Positions 30,045-40,660 of a DNA stretch of 64,000 bases are shown here, piece after piece (position 1 is the stretch's first letter; each line of letters begins with the position of its first letter). The stretch is from an uncultured Methanoregulaceae archaeon. GTDB taxonomy: Archaea; Halobacteriota; Methanomicrobia; Methanomicrobiales; Methanospirillaceae. The notes under the pieces were generated by a model. That model saw nothing but the letters and a program-made list of their open reading frames with translations. It did not search any database and was not told where the DNA came from. The position numbers were made by a program, and so were the translations under genes. Location: NCBI GenBank assembly GCA_963701095.1, contig OY969564.1, positions 2,080,001 to 2,144,000 of the forward strand. The letters are read 5' to 3'.

Positions 30045-31989
30045 GTGTGGATCCTTGACTCCGCGTACCGGGACCGTGGTATTGATCTGTGGACAAATGA
30101 CGGTACCGTAACAAAAACCCATTACGATTACCAGCCGCCTTTTTACGTCCACTTCCACGACCCTCACGCTCACCATGAGATGATCGAAGCACTGGAAGAG
30201 CGGTACGGTGCGGAGGAGTGCACCATCAAAACCATCTTTGGCGAACTCCCCGGGTTTGCGGTCACTGCAGGCCGGGATGTGGCCGAAGCGATAGAACGTC
30301 AGGCACAGTTCGACATCGATATCTTCAACGTGGACGTGCGCCGGGACCAGCGGTTCATGGCCGAACGTGGAATCTTCCCGTGTGAGGGTGATGGTGATGA
30401 CCGGTTTTCCCCGGAGATTACACATAATCTTACCGTAATGGAGATTAGCATCCAGGGCAACCCGGCACTCTCCTCGCAGTTCACGGAAATTGAAGTAAAG
30501 GGGATCCACACAGAACGGCTCACCGGTGAAAACCAGGAAGTCCTAGCGGCACTCTTCGGGCTCGTCAGTTCTCTTGACCCTGAGGTAATCCTCATGCCGG
30601 ATGCCGATACCTGGATGCCGAAGATCCGGAAACTGGCAAAACAATATGATCTGGTCATGCCTTTCTCGCGGAACGGCAAGTACCGGCAGATGGATGCCCG
30701 CTCGTACTGGAGTTACGGCAGAATGGAACACAAGGAATCCGCACTCATTCCGGACGGGCGTATCCTGATCGATACCGAACAATCGTTCGTGTACCGTGAA
30801 GGCGGTTTGGAAGCAGGACCTCATGGCCGCCCGGCTTGCAGGGCTCTCGCCGAACTTAGCGTCCCGGTTCACGCCCGGAACGCTCATCAGCAGCTACGAA
30901 GTCTACGAAGCAGTAAAACAAGGGATTGCAGTGCCGTTCCGCAAAAGGGATCCGGAGCAGAGCCGTAAGCTTTCAGTTCTACAGGCCGCCGACCGGGGCG
31001 GTATGATGTATCAGCCGAAGCCAGGGACGTTTGAGAATGTTGAGGAGATCGATTACACCTCCATGTATCCCTCCATCATCGTAAAAGCGAACCTCTCTCC
31101 GGAAACGGTCGGGCATCAGGAGCGTGTGGGATTCCTTCCCGCTGTGCTCAAGCCGCTGCTCGATCTCCGTATCAAGACCAAGCGACTCAAGAAGACCGAT
31201 CCACGGTTTGCCGGTACGGATGCAATTCTCAAGTGGATGCTCGTCACCTGCTTTGGGTACACAGGCTACAAGAATGCAAAGTTCGGTAGAATCGAAGTGC
31301 ATGAAGGGATCACAGGCCGTTCCAGGGAAATCTTGATACAGACCAAGGATATTGCCGAGAAGATGGATTTCCGGGTACTGCACGGGATTGTTGACTGCCT
31401 CTGGGTACAGGGATCACCGATCAAAGCACTCAAGGAACGGGTCGAGCGTGAAACCGATCTGCTCCTTGAGGTTGACCACTTCGATTGGATCGTCTTCCTC
31501 CCTCTCGCGGATGGTTTTGGAGCCTATAACCGGTATTACGGCAGGCAACCAGATGGCAGTATCAAGGTTCGGGGGATTGCCGCCAGAAGGCATGATACGG
31601 CGGAATACGTGCGCGAGATGCAGCGCCGGATGCTGGATGTCATGGCCCGGGCAAAAACAATCACAGAACTCAAAGCGACACAGGATGAAGTAACAGCGAT
31701 TTACCGGGAAACGATAAACAACCTACCGGCAGCGGACCCAAAGGAAATGATGATCAACCGCCGGATTAGCCGGCTCACATATGCGCACCGGTGCATTGAA
31801 GGTGCAGCAGTTCAGGCGCATCGGGATCATGGGATGGAGATTGCTCCCGGCATGAAGATCCAGTACGTGGTGACCGATGCTCAGCGATACAAGGTGGAAC
31901 CTTCTTGGCGCGCGTCATCGTTTGATCTTGGGTATTACAGGGAATTGATCGATAAGGCATATGCTGAGATCAAGTTTGCATTTTCCTAA
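30045..31989 (+). CDS. polB2: Archaeal family B DNA polymerase, PolB2 type (frameshift at ~30815)
   Basis: [10 protein letters not shown] and [10 protein letters not shown] motifs. Motif C reads HGIVDCL instead of YGDTDS, and the exonuclease region is degenerate. Confidence 0.85.
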
Positions 31990-32155
31990 ATGGCTCCGTA
32001 AAGTCTGTGGGTGGCGACATATTTCCCTCGACGAAGGTTTAATCCAACCACCCGAAGACTTGACAGATCCCGCAATATTCATTATCACTCTGAACCAGTA
32101 TTCAACATGTCATTTTGGAATTACCTGAACAATTCGTTAAAAGTAGGGAGAAAGA

Positions 32156-32491
32156 ATGTCCTCATCATCTAAAAGCATGGACATTCCCGAGTATCTCCCT
32201 GATATTCTGCTCACGGCAGTTATGGTCATCTCGACCATTTTTCTCATACTGAGATTTTGGCAGGATATTACGATAGCCATTGCCGCCGCTCTTATGATGC
32301 TTGCATTAGGCGGTCTTTTCCTATCGCTCCAAATCAAGGTACGTAACCTCGAAAAGAATGTAATCACCCGAGAGCGGATGCTGCGTTCAAACCTTGAAGA
32401 GATTTCCGGCCGTATGAACCAGAAGTACGACCAGACCGCTGCTCATCTGGATGAACTTGTAAGTGAAATCTCGAAACGTGCATACAAATAA
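32156..32491 (+). CDS. Small two-TM membrane protein
   Basis: 111 aa with two hydrophobic helices and a coiled coil, upstream of fen. Confidence 0.7.
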   Translation: MSSSSKSMDIPEYLPDILLTAVMVISTIFLILRFWQDITIAIAAALMMLALGGLFLSLQIKVRNLEKNVITRERMLRSNLEEISGRMNQKYDQTAAHLDELVSEISKRAYK

Positions 32492-32530
32492 GATCCCGGT
32501 ACAAACTGGTTTTATGGGGGAGAACAGGCT

Positions 32531-33579
32531 ATGGGTGTCGCACTTCGGGATATCATCACTGAATACAAGACTCCGGTAACATGGGACAGCCTTTCCGGAG
32601 TTGCTGCAATAGATGCCAACAATGCGCTCTACCAGTTTTTGACCATCATACGGCAGCCTGACGGGACGCCGTTGATGGATCATAAGGGCAGAGTAACATC
32701 TCACCTTTCGGGGATCCTGTTCCGGATGGTTAATTTCCTTGAGAAAGGAATAAAGCCGGTCTTTGTTTTTGATGGAAAATCCTCTGATCTCAAGAATGGG
32801 ACGATTGCTGTACGCCGCAAGATCCGCGACGACGCCGGCGAGAAATGGAAAGAGGCGCTTGAAAAAGGCGATGAAGAGGAAGCGTACCGGCAGGCCAGGT
32901 CATCGACCGGGTGGACGACACTATCATTAAGACGTCAAAAGAACTGCTCGATCTCATGGGGATCCCCCATGTTCAGGCTAGGGGAGAAGGCGAATCGCAG
33001 GCTGCCTTCATGGTTCAGCGGGGTGATGCACGATACGCTGTTTCACAGGATTACGACACGCTCCTTTTCGGAGCGCCATTGCTGGTGAGGAATCTTACGG
33101 TTAGCGGGAAACGCAAAATCCGGGGCCGAATCATTTCTGTCAATCCCGAACGGATCGTGCTTGACGAGGTACTTTCAGGAATGAAACTGACCCGTGAGGA
33201 ATTGATTCAGGTAGGAATTCTTGTCGGCACTGACTTTAATGCGGGTATCGAGGGTGTTGGCGCTAAAACCGGTCTGAAGATAGTGAAGAAGGGAGAATTT
33301 GCACAAAAAATTGCAGAGAAATGCCCGGACTTTGATCCGGAACCTATATTAGAGCTTTTTCTACACCCTCCAATTGCAACAGATTACGCGCTCGCGTGGG
33401 GACACCCGGACGCTGAAAGGATAAAAAAGATGCTTTGCGAAGAATACGATTTTGCCGAAGAGAGGGTTGAATCTGCTCTCGAACGATATACTGTAAAATC
33501 AGGCCAGAAAACCCTTGAAAGCTTTTCTGAGGATTCCCGTTCTTCTGAAGACATTTTAGAACCCCGGCTCCCTTCGTAA
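32531..33579 (+). CDS. fen: Flap endonuclease 1 (frameshift at ~32908)
   Basis: MGV start, [34 protein letters not shown] and the PIP box QKTLESF. Confidence 0.95.
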
Positions 33580-33604
33580 AATATGTTTTGTTGATGAATC
33601 TTGG

Positions 33605-34069
33605 TTAGACCGGGGTCGCTTCAATAATTAAACTGAATGTTTCGGAAGTCGGTGACTGACCTTCCCATGGGCGTATATACACTGCATTGAATGTGTAGGT
33701 TCCGGCTGATTCCGGCACAAGAGTCCATTCATGATAACCCCCCGCCCCGATAATTGTGGAGTTAGGGGGGTAGAAGGAGTCGGACACGATAGAAAGACCT
33801 TTTGAAACGGTTGCATTCCAGGAGAACCCGGTAGTCGGATTTTCATTTAATCTGACGATGACCCTGCCGCTGGGCGGGACGGTTAATGTCGTCCCGTTCG
33901 ATGTACTGTTCGCAAAGAGAGTCTGTACCCTAGTAACCGTAGATGCAGGTATTGTTGGTTCGGCCTTTGAAGATGATGTATTTTCGGTACATCCAGCCAG
34001 AACTATTGCCGCAAGAATAAGCACACAGCAAATCGTTCCCGTAAAAAGGGTTTTTTTCATCGTTGTCAC
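33605..34069 (-). CDS. Chagasin / I42 protease inhibitor family lipoprotein
   Basis: LAGC lipobox, ENPTTGFSW, GAGG and YIRPWE. Confidence 0.88.
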   Translation of the reverse strand: MTTMKKTLFTGTICCVLILAAIVLAGCTENTSSSKAEPTIPASTVTRVQTLFANSTSNGTTLTVPPSGRVIVRLNENPTTGFSWNATVSKGLSIVSDSFYPPNSTIIGAGGYHEWTLVPESAGTYTFNAVYIRPWEGQSPTSETFSLIIEATPV

Positions 34070-34203
34070 CTTTTAATAAGGACATTTTAACAGGTTTTTT
34101 AATAAATCTGACGATAACTGTGAATTTTTTTGTAGTTAACCGGACGATAAGCTTCTGACCGATCTGCCTTTTAGCCTTTAGGAATTAATATATCCGGTAT
34201 CAT

Positions 34204-35142
34204 ATGGAATCTTTCGTTGGGAAAAGCGGAGGGAATACAGGAGCGGCTGTATCAAAAGAGAAAACGGTTATCCTTAGCCTCTTTTGTGATATCGCTCTTT
34301 GGTTGCCGGAGATAATTGCTGTATACCTCTCAGGATCTGTCACTCTTTTCGCCGATGTTATGAAATGCGGCAACGAAATCCTCGCCACCATTTTTGCGCT
34401 TATTATCCTTTTGAGGATGAAAAAAGGTGCTTTGTTTACTTATGATTACGGCATGGGAAAATTCGAGACGTTCACCCGGAGTGCCACCGGAGTTGTCATG
34501 TTGGTCTCAATCATCATTATTTTTTTTACTGCGTTTAATCGTATCTTCGTTCCTGAAAAACTCCAGTTTGCTGGTGCGGCTATTGCCGTCCCACTCATGA
34601 TCATTTCTGCTGTCATTGATACGTACCTCTGGAAAAAAAACTACCGGATCTCTCTGGTTGACCCATCACCTATCATGGAAGCCCAGTGGCGGCTGCGACG
34701 TGCAAAGTCCTTTGCCGACATTGCGGTTCTCCTGTCTCTTGTTCTCTCTTTTGCCTTTATTGCTTATACATGGGCAGTCTACATCGACCCGGTTGTGTCC
34801 TTTATTATTATCGGTTTCCTCCTCATAGCAGGTTTCCGCGAGATCTCATCCTCACTTCCGGATCTGTTTGACAAAACCCTTGAAGAAGAATTGCAGATCG
34901 TAATCCTGAAAGAACTATCGGCGTTTTTTAAAGAATATACTGGGTTCTATGGTGTCCGGTCACGACGTTCTGGAAGTAAAATTTATATTGATATTTTTCT
35001 TGGCTTTGATCCCGGTCTAAAGATGGGTGAGGTTATGGATACGAGTGAGCGCCTCAAAACCTCCCTGGAAGAAAAGATTCCCGGCAGCAAAGTTTCTGTT
35101 GTTCCCACGAGCGAACGATCTGCTCAAGCGGGTAAACAATGA
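34204..35142 (+). CDS. Cation diffusion facilitator (CDF) transporter
   Basis: Six TM helices, SVTLFAD, YGMGKFE, IDP and RSRRSG. Confidence 0.85.
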   Translation: MESFVGKSGGNTGAAVSKEKTVILSLFCDIALWLPEIIAVYLSGSVTLFADVMKCGNEILATIFALIILLRMKKGALFTYDYGMGKFETFTRSATGVVMLVSIIIIFFTAFNRIFVPEKLQFAGAAIAVPLMIISAVIDTYLWKKNYRISLVDPSPIMEAQWRLRRAKSFADIAVLLSLVLSFAFIAYTWAVYIDPVVSFIIIGFLLIAGFREISSSLPDLFDKTLEEELQIVILKELSAFFKEYTGFYGVRSRRSGSKIYIDIFLGFDPGLKMGEVMDTSERLKTSLEEKIPGSKVSVVPTSERSAQAGKQ

Positions 35143-35239
35143 TCTTCGACTTTTTTTATGGAGTAATATGTGATTTTCCCGAAGAGAAATTGTTTAATAA
35201 AGTATACGACAACCCGATTATAACCGGTAGGTTTTTCCT

Positions 35240-37630
35240 TTGATCAATGTTCTGGTTATTGATGATGAACCCGACCTGCTTGAAATCACTCGGTTGTTTC
35301 TGGAACAAACCGGGGAATTCACCGTCAGATTGGCACATTCCGCAAACGAGGCTCTGGGCCTTCTTCAGGCTCACGCCTTTGATGCTATCGTCTCTGATTA
35401 TGCGATGCCTGGTATGGACGGGATCACTTTTTTACAGACTGTAAGGAAGAAGGGAAATACTGTACCGTTCATCATCTTCACCGGAAAAGGTCGTGAAGAA
35501 GTCGTTATTGAAGCAATTAACCATGGTGCTGACTCCTATCTCCAGAAAGGTGGTAGTACCCGTGCACAGTTTGCAGAACTCGCCGAGAAAATCCGCCAGA
35601 TTGTCCGGCGGTCCCGGGCCGAACACGCACACCAGGAATCCGAAAAACGATACCGTGCGATCTTCCAGAATGCATCAGATATTATCCGTATCCTTGATTC
35701 CTTCGGCAGAATTGCTTTTGACTCTCCCTCATCGTCTAAAATTCTGGGGTATCCTTTGGGATCACTAAATGGAAAGGATCCACTGAACTATATTCACCCC
35801 GATGACAGGGAGCGTATCAGGTCAGATCTGAACGCAGTTTATAAGGGAACAAACACGGGGGCTCCCTCTGAATTTCGTATACTCAAGGCAGATGGGACGT
35901 ACCTGTGGGTTGAATCCGTTGCAAACAATCTTACCGGAGTCGAGGGCGTTAATGGAGTGGTTACCACCACCCGTCCTATCACAGAACGCAAGGAAGCTGA
36001 GGAGCGGTTAAAAAAGAAACATGACGAACTTTCTGCCGCGTTCGAAGAACTGACTGCAACTGAGGAAGAGCTGCGCCAGAACTACAACGAGCTCGCCATC
36101 AGTGAACAGCGACGGGCAGAAACCGAACGCATGGTCCGGGATTCAGAAGAGTTCCTGAAGAGAGTGATCACTGATGTCCGTGAAGGTATCATTGCATTTG
36201 ATAGCGATCTGAAGATCACCCTTTGGAATCCTTTCATGGTGGAAATAACCGGGTCTGCCCCCGTGGACGTTCTCGGAAAAAAACTGGGCGAGTGTATCCC
36301 CCTTTCGAAGGACACTGAGATTCCTCACATGCTCGAACGTGCACTTTCAGGAGAGACTGTGGAGACCGCCGATATCCCGGTTAACCTTGGGACAAAAAAG
36401 AAGAGTTCAATTTGGGTGCGGTGCATTGCATCCCCCCTTACGAATCATGAAGGAAATATCATCGGGGTAATAACGGTTTTCCAGGATATATCCGGGCGGA
36501 AAAACGCGGAGCTTGAGCTGATTGCGACGACCCGGGAACTCCATGAAAGTGAAGAAAAGTACCGGAGTGTCTTTGAAGCAAAAAACGATCCCCTTATCCT
36601 TGCCGATGTAGAAACACGAGCCATTCTCGATTTAAACCAGGCAGCTTCTGATCTCTATGGGTATTCCCGAGAGGAGATGCTACAGATGGCACTTTTGGAT
36701 CTATCTGCCGAACCAGAAAAAACAAAGGAGGTACTAGACCAAAAAGCCGCCCGGGTTGCACTTCGATACCACCGGAAAAAAGATGGAATGGTCTTTCCAG
36801 CAGATATTGCGCTTGCCTATTTCAACCTGAAGGGTCGTTCGGTTCTCATTCTGTCCATTCGGGATCTTACCGGTGTCCAGCAGATTGGCGATGCTCTAAG
36901 GATTGCAAATGTTAAACTCAACTTATTGATCGGCGTAACCCGTCATGATGTTCTCAATTCTCTGGCAGTTATTCTGGGGTATCACGAAATCATCAAGGAT
37001 CGGGAAGTTGATGCTGCAACCCGTGATCTTATGGAAAAGCAGGAAAAAGCCCTGGTCGCAATTCGGAACCAGATCGAATTTACCCGGGCTTATGATGATC
37101 TTGGAATCAAGTCTCCGCTCTGGCAACATATCGGTACTACTTCATCACGAGCCTATGCCCAATTCATCAATACCATATCCTTTGTATGCGAGACCGGCGA
37201 TCTTGAGATCTATGCAGATCCCATGCTTGAGAAAGTATTCTATAACCTTTTTGATAACGCGTTCCGTTACGGAGAAGGCGTCACGAAGATTCGGCTTTAT
37301 GGGGCGATGGAAGGAACGGAGCTGTTGCTCTATTTTGAGGACAACGGAATTGGTATAATGGACAAAGATAAATCCCGTATATTCTCCCGGGGTATTGGCA
37401 AAAACACCGGTCTTGGTCTATTCCTGACCCGTGAGATCCTCGCAATCACCAGGTTAGGGATAACGGAAAATGGTGAGTACCCGAAAAGGGGCCCGGTTTG
37501 TTATCCGGGTGCCCCGGGGAGCGTACCGGCTGATGAAATGATCCTTGCGAAAAGGAGGTTAGGATTCTTCCGGAATCTAAAAAAAGATCCCGCCTACAAT
37601 CTGCCAGAACCAATTCGGGGTAGACCGTAA
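35240..37630 (+). CDS. Hybrid sensor histidine kinase (REC-PAS-PAS-PAS-HK)
   Basis: VIDDEP, SDYAMP, PAS repeats, RHDVLN, NLFDNA, EDNGIG and TGLGL. The extreme C-terminus is probably off-frame. Confidence 0.9.
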   Translation: MINVLVIDDEPDLLEITRLFLEQTGEFTVRLAHSANEALGLLQAHAFDAIVSDYAMPGMDGITFLQTVRKKGNTVPFIIFTGKGREEVVIEAINHGADSYLQKGGSTRAQFAELAEKIRQIVRRSRAEHAHQESEKRYRAIFQNASDIIRILDSFGRIAFDSPSSSKILGYPLGSLNGKDPLNYIHPDDRERIRSDLNAVYKGTNTGAPSEFRILKADGTYLWVESVANNLTGVEGVNGVVTTTRPITERKEAEERLKKKHDELSAAFEELTATEEELRQNYNELAISEQRRAETERMVRDSEEFLKRVITDVREGIIAFDSDLKITLWNPFMVEITGSAPVDVLGKKLGECIPLSKDTEIPHMLERALSGETVETADIPVNLGTKKKSSIWVRCIASPLTNHEGNIIGVITVFQDISGRKNAELELIATTRELHESEEKYRSVFEAKNDPLILADVETRAILDLNQAASDLYGYSREEMLQMALLDLSAEPEKTKEVLDQKAARVALRYHRKKDGMVFPADIALAYFNLKGRSVLILSIRDLTGVQQIGDALRIANVKLNLLIGVTRHDVLNSLAVILGYHEIIKDREVDAATRDLMEKQEKALVAIRNQIEFTRAYDDLGIKSPLWQHIGTTSSRAYAQFINTISFVCETGDLEIYADPMLEKVFYNLFDNAFRYGEGVTKIRLYGAMEGTELLLYFEDNGIGIMDKDKSRIFSRGIGKNTGLGLFLTREILAITRLGITENGEYPKRGPVCYPGAPGSVPADEMILAKRRLGFFRNLKKDPAYNLPEPIRGRP

Positions 37631-37715
37631 CGACATAGCCACCCTGACAATTTTACCGGCGTCCCCTTCCATGATGCCACTCATATGTACTTTCCCTATA
37701 TCGGGTAGAAATTTC

Positions 37716-38624
37716 TCAAAGCACGAGCATGCGTTCAATGGAACTCCGGGCACGGGCTGCAATCTCTTCTGGAACGGTGATCACCGGATGAAACGTTACC
37801 AATGCGTCCCGGACATGCACAAGAGTTGTTTTTTTCATATTCACACAGACAGCTTTTTCCGAAAGCGGGAAATATCGTTTGCCCGGGCACTCCTTTGCTA
37901 AACGGTGCATGATGCCGATTTCCGTACCTATGATAAACTCGTTTCCCGGTCCAGATTTAACATACCGGACAATTCCTGAGGTACTTGCGACATGATCCGC
38001 GAGATCGATGACATCAGGCCGGCACTCCGGATGAACAAGTACGGCTGCGTCTGGATGAGCCTGTTTTGCGATTGCGACATCAGAAACACTAAAACGGTCG
38101 TGGACAAGACAGAACCCTTCCCAGGGAAGAATGGTCTTTTTGGTAAACCGTGTCGCATACTGCCCGAGGTTTCTATCCGGGACAAAGATCACCGCATTCT
38201 CTCTGACCGCGTTTATGACGCTGACTGCATTTGCCGAAGTACAACAAATATCGCTTTCTGCTTTGACGTCAGCGGTTGTATTAACGTAACACACTACCGC
38301 TGCATCAGGATGCCGGGTACGGGCGAACCTGAGTTCTGCGGCAGAAATCATACCGGCCATGGGACAGCAGGCGTCCTGAGCAGGTAACAGGACTGTTTTT
38401 TCCGGGGAAAGAATGGCTGCAGTTTCTGCCATGAAATCAACCCCGCAGAAAACAATAACCTCCCCGTCCATAGCCGCCGCTGCGCGCGCGAGTTCCAGGG
38501 AATCTCCCGTGATGTCAGCTATGTCCTGGATTTCAGGGCGCTGGTAGTTGTGCGCAAGAATAATCGCGTTTTTTCTGTCCTTAAGCCGCAGGATCTCATC
38601 CTGCAGCATGGCTGTATCCTGCAT
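37716..38624 (-). CDS. nadA: Quinolinate synthase
   Basis: ILAHNYQ, FCGVDFMAE, YVNT, HPEC and CVNMKK. Confidence 0.95.
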   Translation of the reverse strand: MQDTAMLQDEILRLKDRKNAIILAHNYQRPEIQDIADITGDSLELARAAAAMDGEVIVFCGVDFMAETAAILSPEKTVLLPAQDACCPMAGMISAAELRFARTRHPDAAVVCYVNTTADVKAESDICCTSANAVSVINAVRENAVIFVPDRNLGQYATRFTKKTILPWEGFCLVHDRFSVSDVAIAKQAHPDAAVLVHPECRPDVIDLADHVASTSGIVRYVKSGPGNEFIIGTEIGIMHRLAKECPGKRYFPLSEKAVCVNMKKTTLVHVRDALVTFHPVITVPEEIAARARSSIERMLVL

Positions 38625-38745
38625 CTTACAAACTCACGTATGGTTGTATCGTAGTAGTGTGTCGTGGTGAATAAAAAGTCACGTGGATAAAAGGGTAGAA
38701 CAGGGATGTTTATGCACCGGGGATTCCAATCTTCTTTCGACGAAT

Positions 38746-38940
38746 ATGAAGGTTATTCTGCCGGATCAGGCCCCAAAGGATATCATATTTGGCCCCGGCA
38801 CGGTAGGTTTATTCCTGAACGAGCTCGGTGTAAATCCCCTGGAAGTGATAGTTTCCCGGAACGGGACACTGGTTCCAGAGCAGGCTGTAATCGGCGGAGA
38901 AGACGAAATTCGGGTAATCCGTATAGCACATGGAGGTTAA
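38746..38940 (+). CDS. Ubiquitin-like sulfur carrier (ThiS/SAMP)
   Basis: ~64 aa ending in IAHGG, overlapping the tRNA thiolase gene. Confidence 0.8.
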   Translation: MKVILPDQAPKDIIFGPGTVGLFLNELGVNPLEVIVSRNGTLVPEQAVIGGEDEIRVIRIAHGG

Positions 38941-39880
38941 ACTGGTGAAACCACCTGCCGTGTCCAAGGGTGTCCCTGTTTGCTCCTGCTGCGGTGAGCC
39001 GGCGGTAATCTATCAACCGGCCAGCAAACGTCACCTCTGCGGACGACATCTTATGAGCGATGTGGAATTGCGGGTAGCATCGACAATAAAAAATGAATCT
39101 CAAATACACGCGGGTGATCGTGTAGCGGTGGCCCTAAGCGGCGGAAAGGACGGTCCTGCGCTCCTTGTTATCTTTTCCCGGCTTTTACCTTCGTTTCAGG
39201 GTTCAGAACTTGTCGCTATCACCGTAGATGAAGGTATCGCCGGGTACCGCGCAGACACGCTGCGGGCAGCAGAGGCCCTTACTAAAAAGCTTGGGGTAAA
39301 TCATCACATCGTTTCATTCCGTGACCTGATCAGTAACGATCTCGATGCCCTTCTAAAAGGACGTGAGAAAGAAGCGTGCACGGTTTGTGGTATACTGCGT
39401 AAAAAAGCACTCGCCGATGCCGCACGGGATGCCGGAGTTACCGTAATTGCAACCGGCCACAACCTCGATGATGAAGCGCAGTCTGTGCTGATGAATACCC
39501 TGCGGGGGGATCTCCCACGACTGATCCGGGATACAGGACCCGGCTCATCGTCCCTATTTCTTCCAAGAATCAAACCCCTTGCGGCCATCACAGAAAAAGA
39601 GATCGCGGCTTATTTGTTTGTGCAGGGTCTCTTCTCCGTATTGCCTGAATGCCCCTATACAAAGTACGCGTTGCGGGCTGAAGTGCGAACGATGCTTTCC
39701 CGGCTTGAACGGCTGCATCCTGGAACGATGCTCCATCTCGTGTACAGTAAAAAGCAGATCGAAAAGTATTGCGAGGGAATGGTGGTCATGGAACCCCTGC
39801 GCCGGTGCCTGGAGTGCGGAGATCCCTGTTCAGGCGAAATCTGCCAGGTGTGCAGGCTCAAACACTCACTGGGGAAGTGA
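38930..39880 (+). CDS. tRNA 2-thiolation protein (NcsA/TtuA family)
   Basis: SGGKD PP-loop, CTVCG, TGHNLDD and terminal zinc fingers. Confidence 0.88.
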   Translation: MEVKLVKPPAVSKGVPVCSCCGEPAVIYQPASKRHLCGRHLMSDVELRVASTIKNESQIHAGDRVAVALSGGKDGPALLVIFSRLLPSFQGSELVAITVDEGIAGYRADTLRAAEALTKKLGVNHHIVSFRDLISNDLDALLKGREKEACTVCGILRKKALADAARDAGVTVIATGHNLDDEAQSVLMNTLRGDLPRLIRDTGPGSSSLFLPRIKPLAAITEKEIAAYLFVQGLFSVLPECPYTKYALRAEVRTMLSRLERLHPGTMLHLVYSKKQIEKYCEGMVVMEPLRRCLECGDPCSGEICQVCRLKHSLGK

Positions 39881-40645
39881 AGGGGCTCCCTGGATCCGTT
39901 CTGGGTGGGAGTAGATATTCATTTTTGTGCTGCGGATAAATCCGACAATACATACGCCCGTCTGGGCAGCTATGGTAACAGCAAGCGTGGTCGTTGCCCC
40001 ACGTGATACTATCACCGGGATATCTGCGACAAGGCATTTGCGCACCATCTCAGACGATACCCGGCCGGAACAGATAACAAACGTTTTTGAAAGATCGATT
40101 TTGTTTCGGAGACCGTGGCCAATCACTCGATCGAGCGCGTTGTGCCTCCCGATATCCTCGGATCGGGTTATAATCCCGTTTTTTGATGCGAGTCCGACCA
40201 CATGAATGCCCCCGGTGATCATATGAAGTTCGGATTCGAGCACTTCCTTTGTTATAGCCCTAATAAGATCCGGTGCAAAAGATAGATCCGAAGTTATTCT
40301 GGGCAGCTTTTCAGTGTCGATAAAAGATGCAGCACCTCCGCAACCAGAAAGAATCGTCTTTTTTGGACCGAGCACTTTGAAAAGGTTTTTTGTAATGACG
40401 CTGATCCTGTTTGTTTCTATCCTGATAGACTCTATCTCATCTGCTCCTTTAATGATCTGCTCGGTAAACAGGTAACCGGTAACAAAATCCTCAAGACCCG
40501 CTGGGCTCATCATCGCGGTCATAGCATGCCTGCCGTTTACGAACAAGGCCTCGGGAACCTCATCTATGACTTCGTGGGTCCCGGCTTCTGCGATATTCCC
40601 CTCCATTTTTATGCAGGGCATAAGCCTAAACATCGGAACAGTCAT
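39866..40645 (-). CDS. fdhD: Formate dehydrogenase accessory sulfurtransferase
   Basis: SGCG, TGGIH, EDIGRHNALD and SGRVSSEM. Confidence 0.93.
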   Translation of the reverse strand: MTVPMFRLMPCIKMEGNIAEAGTHEVIDEVPEALFVNGRHAMTAMMSPAGLEDFVTGYLFTEQIIKGADEIESIRIETNRISVITKNLFKVLGPKKTILSGCGGAASFIDTEKLPRITSDLSFAPDLIRAITKEVLESELHMITGGIHVVGLASKNGIITRSEDIGRHNALDRVIGHGLRNKIDLSKTFVICSGRVSSEMVRKCLVADIPVIVSRGATTTLAVTIAAQTGVCIVGFIRSTKMNIYSHPERIQGAPSLPQ

Positions 40646-40660
40646 TTTTTCACCAGATTT

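Larger units (their letters stand above)
1..32000 (+). mobile_element. Integrated tailed archaeal provirus (morphogenesis half plus cargo); left end lies outside the window
   Basis: Canonical gene order terL-portal-protease/MCP-adaptor-tail terminator-tube-chaperone-TMP-tail tip on the + strand. Host housekeeping genes begin at ~32.2 kb. The right boundary is uncertain (28.2-32.1 kb). Confidence 0.9.
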
